Source of the DNA: Candidatus Latescibacterota bacterium
GTDB taxonomy: Bacteria > Latescibacterota > UBA2968 > GCA-2709665
Direction of reading: 5' to 3'
Assembly (NCBI GenBank): GCA_965248435.1
Contig: OZ252100.1
Span: 3,168,001 to 3,232,000 of the forward strand
Length of the DNA stretch: 64,000 nt
Part shown: positions 59,205-64,000 of the stretch, in pieces
How the letters are laid out: each line of letters begins with the position of its first letter
Numbering within the stretch: the stretch's first letter is position 1
Notes under the pieces: model-generated
The model's database searches: none
Seen by the model: the letters and a program-made list of their open reading frames with translations, nothing else
What the model was told of the DNA's origin: nothing
Position numbers and translations under genes: made by a program

Positions 59205-61220
59205 TTACTCGGACTTCCTTCGATAGAACCAGATGGCCGCGCCGCGTTTTGGAAGGGCAAATGTGAAACCTTCTTGGCTCAAATCCTCTCCTGAAATTTC
59301 CGTGGTTTCACCCGACTCGGGGTTCTCGAATGCGTAGGTCGCATCTGAACTAATTTCCTTCGGATGGATCGTGAATCTCTCGTCCGGGGATTCTGGAAAC
59401 CTGAATCCCTGAATGAATCCGCTGCCTCTCTCCGGGCGATCAAACTGCCTGGCAACCCACTCATTGGGACTGCGATGGAACGGGGTGAGCGGATAGTAAT
59501 CCCCATACAAGATGAATTCCGACGCCCTGCGCCAGATGTCGATCATTCTGTTTGCGAGCTCATAGTTGTAGTCGTCGCGGCGGATGTCCAGAGACGGCTG
59601 CAGCATGGCGGCCATGCCGCAGTGGAAGGCATAGCTATCTACGTCGTGGTCATATCGATTCTCTCCATGAACATCAAAAGCGCGTGAGGAAGACTTGAAG
59701 TAAGGCATCCACTCGAAGAGCGTACGGTGGTAGGCCAACTTCACGGGATGATCACCGTAGGCGTGGTCGGTGATGTGCAGCGGCACGGAGCGCCGCAGGG
59801 TTTCGAAATCGTTGCGGCGTCCTCCGCCCGCACAGGAATCGATCCAGAGTCCGGGGTTTCGTTCGAGCAGGTCATCATAGTACTGGAGGTAGCCCTGGGC
59901 GTGCAGGTTCTCGTTCATCCCCTGGCGGTCCGAGTCCTCATTCTCACGCCAGAACTGCAGCGGTTCGGTACCCGCATCGTCTACGAAGTTGAAATCCTGT
60001 CTGTAGATCTTGATGCCGTTCTCCCTGATCAGCCGGCAGACGTGGTCGGTCAGCCACTGGCGGCATTCCGGGAGGGCCAGGTTCAACAGCCTGTCGTGGT
60101 TTCCCTCTCTCCTGAGCAACCATTCGGGATGTTCTGTATCGATCCTGGTGCCCTTGTATACCCTTTCCGGTTCAAACCAGAGTAACAGGTCGGCGCCGCT
60201 TCGGGCCGCAGCTTCGGATATCGCCTTGAAGCCGTTGGGGAATCTCTCAGGATCCGGCACCCACGTGCCGACGGTCCTGCTCCACGTCCTTTTTCCTAGC
60301 TCCTCGACGTAGCAGGGATACCAGCCGGCGTCTATCCACCAGACGTCGAGCGGAAGGCCGTGCCGCCTGGTCTTCTCCATATACTTCAGCTGGTTCTCTT
60401 CCGTCGCATCGGTGAACTCCTTCCCTTCATCGGTGCCGGTGCAGGCGAGCAGCGGTCTTAAAGGTTGACCCTTTGGCCTGGGAAGGATGTGGGTGAGGTA
60501 CCACCGCCGCCAGAGGTTCACCGCCCTCGCGGCATCCCCTGTCCAGGAGAGGAGGGTGATCCGCGGCGTGCGGATCGTTTCGCCCGGCTGGAGGCGCAGA
60601 TGCGTCACCTCCTGACCCGCGCGGATGTGTACTCCCTCTGCAAGTCTCTTGAAACTGACCGACCATTGTCCCGGCCAGCCGACCGCCATCGTCAGTCCGC
60701 AGCCCTCGAACATCACACGGTAATAGGGAAACGCGCCATCGCAGGGGCGGCCACCTCTGGGGGCGAATCCGAGCGTTTCCCCCGCGTTCAGGGGTGTCTC
60801 GACAGGTTCGTAACACTCGTCGTTCCGGTAGTCGCCGTTGCAGTGGTACACGACGGGAGCGGCGCCGCTGATCGGTCCATCGATCGCGAGGATGTCTCGG
60901 ATGATGGGAGTGGCCTCGCTGCTCTTATTCGTAAACCAGGCGACCCATTCCACGACCGGGAAGTCACGATATTCCGTGCACTCGACTCTGACGTTCAAGC
61001 CGGTCCCGGCGTCATTGCCTTCAAAGACTGTTTGGGAGATGTTGGCGTCGATCCGGCGCCTTGTAGAAGACGGATTCCAGTCTTCCGGAAGCCCTGTAAC
61101 GGCTTTCTCGTCGTAGGTGAAAGAGATGGGAAGTGCCGCAGGTCCGGAGATGAACCTGCTCGTCCAATCCCTGCTCTTCTGCATGTCTTCAGGGCGTGTC
61201 GCGGATGTGGGTATTGTCAT
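59205..61220 (-). CDS. GH36 alpha-galactosidase-like protein (copy A)
   Basis: Same motifs; start placed at MTIPTSATRPEDM by alignment with the paralogs. Confidence 0.88.
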   Translation of the reverse strand: MTIPTSATRPEDMQKSRDWTSRFISGPAALPISFTYDEKAVTGLPEDWNPSSTRRRIDANISQTVFEGNDAGTGLNVRVECTEYRDFPVVEWVAWFTNKSSEATPIIRDILAIDGPISGAAPVVYHCNGDYRNDECYEPVETPLNAGETLGFAPRGGRPCDGAFPYYRVMFEGCGLTMAVGWPGQWSVSFKRLAEGVHIRAGQEVTHLRLQPGETIRTPRITLLSWTGDAARAVNLWRRWYLTHILPRPKGQPLRPLLACTGTDEGKEFTDATEENQLKYMEKTRRHGLPLDVWWIDAGWYPCYVEELGKRTWSRTVGTWVPDPERFPNGFKAISEAAARSGADLLLWFEPERVYKGTRIDTEHPEWLLRREGNHDRLLNLALPECRQWLTDHVCRLIRENGIKIYRQDFNFVDDAGTEPLQFWRENEDSDRQGMNENLHAQGYLQYYDDLLERNPGLWIDSCAGGGRRNDFETLRRSVPLHITDHAYGDHPVKLAYHRTLFEWMPYFKSSSRAFDVHGENRYDHDVDSYAFHCGMAAMLQPSLDIRRDDYNYELANRMIDIWRRASEFILYGDYYPLTPFHRSPNEWVARQFDRPERGSGFIQGFRFPESPDERFTIHPKEISSDATYAFENPESGETTEISGEDLSQEGFTFALPKRGAAIWFYRRKSE

Positions 61221-61231
61221 TTCGATTCTCT

Positions 61232-62050
61232 CTAGCGAAGAATGCGCTGGTCTCTCAGGTCCTTGTTTCCAACGCTCCTGACCAGGGATGCGCCGACGTA
61301 TTCCTTGACCTCGAGGTCGGCGAAGGCGTTGACGATCGGATAAAATGTGGGGAGGTCCTCCCATCTCGCTCGATGCCATTCGACCGTTCCCTCACCCTCC
61401 CAATATTCCAGGACTCTCTCGTTGCTTGCAGCCGGGGTGATCACGGCATAGCAGGCATCCGGAGTCCCCCAGTCGCCGGTCTTGGGCATGTATTTGTAAT
61501 GGAGCGTGCCATCCACCGCCTTATCGGAGATTTCGTTGGCGGGTTTCTGAGTCAGGCCTTTGACGCTCAGGTCCATAAACTTGAACCCCAGCCAGCCGGC
61601 GGTGGCGTGGGCTTCGCCGTGACAGATGCGGGGCTCCGGGAGCTCGCAGTAGATCTTGGAATAGCCCAACTCTTCCCGACCGGTAATGATGGGATCAGCC
61701 AGGTTTTCCCAGAGCACCGTAAGGAACGGTCCGCGTGCGATGTCTTCCTTGCCTTTGAAGATGGCGGGAAAGGTAAGGCCGAGGATGTTGTAGCCGCGTC
61801 CGGCCAGCCACTCGATTTCTGTCATGTAACCCGCGGTGACTGTAACCACGGGCTCGCCGACTTCGAAACCCTCGGGTAGGAGGGTGTCGAGCTGGTCGGG
61901 ATTGGACCGAAAAGAGACGGAAATCGAGGTTCGCTTCGGATCGTCTTCGCAAGCGAACCTCCTCCCTTCGGGACCCTGACGGGGACCCAGCGCAGGACCA
62001 AAGTGTGTGGGCATACGGTACATCATACCAGACTGGAAAGTGTATGGCAT
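61232..62050 (-). CDS. Acetoacetate decarboxylase family protein
   Basis: WLAGRGY, LWEN..DPIITGREELGYSK (Schiff-base Lys motif). Confidence 0.85.
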   Translation of the reverse strand: MPYTFQSGMMYRMPTHFGPALGPRQGPEGRRFACEDDPKRTSISVSFRSNPDQLDTLLPEGFEVGEPVVTVTAGYMTEIEWLAGRGYNILGLTFPAIFKGKEDIARGPFLTVLWENLADPIITGREELGYSKIYCELPEPRICHGEAHATAGWLGFKFMDLSVKGLTQKPANEISDKAVDGTLHYKYMPKTGDWGTPDACYAVITPAASNERVLEYWEGEGTVEWHRARWEDLPTFYPIVNAFADLEVKEYVGASLVRSVGNKDLRDQRILR

Positions 62051-62079
62051 GGGGTCTCCTTGTAACTGCGGGTCGTTCT

Positions 62080-62913
62080 TCAGGCACGGTAGAAGGGCGC
62101 ATCCCCCTTGATGGTCACACGCAGGCCGCGCCGTCGATTGGGAAAATAGTCCCACATGGCGTGGTGCTGGGCACAGCGATTGTCCCAGAATGCCACCGAG
62201 CCCGGCTGCCACTGGAAGCGGCAGTGGAACTCCGGCTGCTCGATATGCTTGAAAAGCAGCTCGAGCACCGAGTCGCTTTCGTTCTGGTTGAGTTGAACGA
62301 TCCGCGTGGTGAAGGTGCGGTTTACGTAAAGCGCCTTCCGCCCGCTAACCGGGTGCGTGCGCACGACGGGATGCTCCGATCTCGGATAGGATTCGTCTCT
62401 CGGCCTCGCATCATCCCCATAGCGACGATATACGTGCTCGCCGTCGTGCTCCGCGGTCATTCCCTCAAGAAAGTGCTGCATCGATTCTGACAGGGACTCG
62501 AAAGCGGCATACATGCTCGCGAAGAGGGTATCGCCTCCCACGGGCGGTGTCTCCAGCATGTAGAGGATCGAACCGAGCGGCGGTTCGGCGTCGCAGGAGA
62601 CATCCGAGTGCCAATCCTCACCGGCGATCCTTCGGGTGTTCTCGTCAGCGTAGATCTCCATGACTTCCGGGTGTCCTTCGAGCAGTCTAGGAAAGGCGGG
62701 ATGGATGTGCAGTTCACCGAAACGACGGCCCAATGCCTTTTGTTGATCAGGCGTCATACTTTGATCGCGAAAGAAGAGTACGCAGTGCTCGGCGAGCGCT
62801 GAAGTGAGTGTCTCGATCGTTCCCTCATCGAGCGATTCAGAAAGGTCGATGCCATCTACGTCGACACCGCAGTGCGGCGTCACTTTTCTAAATTCGAGTG
62901 TTTGTGGTTCCAT
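62080..62913 (-). CDS. TauD/TfdA family 2OG dioxygenase
   Basis: WHSD, GGDTLFAS, HPVVRTHP, WDNRCAQH. Confidence 0.95.
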   Translation of the reverse strand: MEPQTLEFRKVTPHCGVDVDGIDLSESLDEGTIETLTSALAEHCVLFFRDQSMTPDQQKALGRRFGELHIHPAFPRLLEGHPEVMEIYADENTRRIAGEDWHSDVSCDAEPPLGSILYMLETPPVGGDTLFASMYAAFESLSESMQHFLEGMTAEHDGEHVYRRYGDDARPRDESYPRSEHPVVRTHPVSGRKALYVNRTFTTRIVQLNQNESDSVLELLFKHIEQPEFHCRFQWQPGSVAFWDNRCAQHHAMWDYFPNRRRGLRVTIKGDAPFYRA

Positions 62914-62928
62914 AGGACTCGTGTCTCC

Positions 62929-63828
62929 TCAACTTTTGGCATCCGAATCTTCCTGCTGCTGCAGCGCGTAAAGGGACGTGTAGCCACCCGACCAGTCCGG
63001 TGGGATCAGGCAGGCCCGGGGATCGTGGTAGGCCCAGCGGGCCTGTTTGCCGCGAAGGATCGTGCCGGTGTAGCGGCTCTTGAGTGGGTTCGCCGTATAC
63101 GGAAAGGCGTCGGCCGCGGAATAAGCGAACAGCAGCAGCGGACGGCCCGCGTCGGATAAATTCTTCTTGGAACCGTGAATGACACGACAGTTATGAATCG
63201 TGATCGATCCGGCCGGACCGGTGAGATACTCGACCTTGTCGAGGTCGACGTGCGCCAGATCCTCGTTGGCGATACAGCCCACCCATTCGTCCGCTTCGTT
63301 ATACTGGTCGAAAAGATCACCTTTGTGACTGCCGGGAACCGCGCCGAGGGGCCCCTGTTCATCGCCGACATCGTAAAGATAGGTCCCGATCGTGAGGGGG
63401 CTGTAGTTCGTGTGCGGCCAGTAGGTAATGTCCTGGTGCCACTTCACCTCCTCGCCGCCTTCCGCCCACTTGAAGTTGAGTTTGGAGTGATGGTACTTGA
63501 CGTCCGGCCCCACTAGATCCGCCACCACATCGGGAAGAACGGACTCGGATGCATACTCCCAGTAGACCGGATGGTGGTCCACCGCGTTTGACAGTCTGCG
63601 GAGCCTTGGGTTGTCTGCGGTATGGCCGGGCTCCAGATCGAACACCTCGTCCGATTGCGTTAATGAACGGCTCTTGTCAACCATCTCATTCGTCGTGTGA
63701 AGCAGACGATCAATCCAATCGCGAGAGATGATGCTCTCCACCAGCAGGTACCCCTTCTCGAAGTAGAACCGTCGCTGTTCGTCCGTCAGGACTTTGGGCT
63801 CGTGAGACAGGACCTCTTCCGGTGTCAT
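62929..63828 (-). CDS. PhyH family Fe(II)/2OG oxygenase
   Basis: KLNFK, WHQD, VPGSH, IHGS...R. Confidence 0.92.
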   Translation of the reverse strand: MTPEEVLSHEPKVLTDEQRRFYFEKGYLLVESIISRDWIDRLLHTTNEMVDKSRSLTQSDEVFDLEPGHTADNPRLRRLSNAVDHHPVYWEYASESVLPDVVADLVGPDVKYHHSKLNFKWAEGGEEVKWHQDITYWPHTNYSPLTIGTYLYDVGDEQGPLGAVPGSHKGDLFDQYNEADEWVGCIANEDLAHVDLDKVEYLTGPAGSITIHNCRVIHGSKKNLSDAGRPLLLFAYSAADAFPYTANPLKSRYTGTILRGKQARWAYHDPRACLIPPDWSGGYTSLYALQQQEDSDAKS

Positions 63829-63866
63829 GGATTGACCCCTTTCGGTTAGAAATTGAATCCGCTCGC

Positions 63867-64000
63867 CTACTTGACCCTTTGGCCTGCTTGAAAGACGGCG
63901 GCGACCCTGCTGAATGCTTCGACATCCTTAGTCGGGTCCCCGTCGAAGGCGACAAGGTCCGCGATTTTTCCAGGCTCGATTGTGCCGATCTGATCGCTTA
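63867..64000 (-). CDS. Amidohydrolase family protein, C-terminal fragment (partial)
   Basis: Manual translation SDQIGTIEPGKIADLVAFDGDPTKDVEAFSRVAAVFQAGQRVK* contains the G.I..GK.ADL signature. Confidence 0.8.
   Translation of the reverse strand, partial: SDQIGTIEPGKIADLVAFDGDPTKDVEAFSRVAAVFQAGQRVK

Noticed and set aside
57703-59226. 507-aa plus-strand ORF and similar long antisense ORFs (5602-6714, 10647-11807, 20906-21889, 43974-44936, 46312-47541)
   Set aside because: Shadow frames opposite well-supported genes in GC-rich DNA, with no recognisable motifs.

Overview
Gene-dense bacterial accessory region with about 60 CDS, nearly all on the minus strand. Most genes encode catabolic or small-molecule-modifying enzymes: BNR/sialidase-like and GH32/43-like propellers, three tandem GH36 alpha-galactosidases, two sulfatases, PhyH/TauD dioxygenases, GNATs, SAM methyltransferases and VOC proteins. 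A GWxTD protein, an EF-hand/dockerin-like repeat protein and ECF sigma fusions suggest an FCB-group host such as Latescibacterota (inference only). I saw no rRNA, tRNA, CRISPR array, integrase or transposase. Most notable: (1) a signal-peptide UbiB/ABC1 atypical kinase fused to a PorT-like outer-membrane barrel, with altered KxGQ and A-rich motifs (9429-12194); (2) a hidden Prx-like selenoprotein with UxxC and a bacterial SECIS-like hairpin (8652-9269); (3) a structured ~130-nt leader with an anti-SD pairing ahead of an ankyrin gene, next to two ECF-sensor fusions (48614-53909); (4) a nucleotidyltransferase-like gene apparently split by a 1.28-kb insertion with no mobility gene (45588-47430); (5) two single-base frameshifts, a five-copy REP array and a mosaic GH36 triplication. 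All family calls come from motif recognition by eye; no database searches were run.
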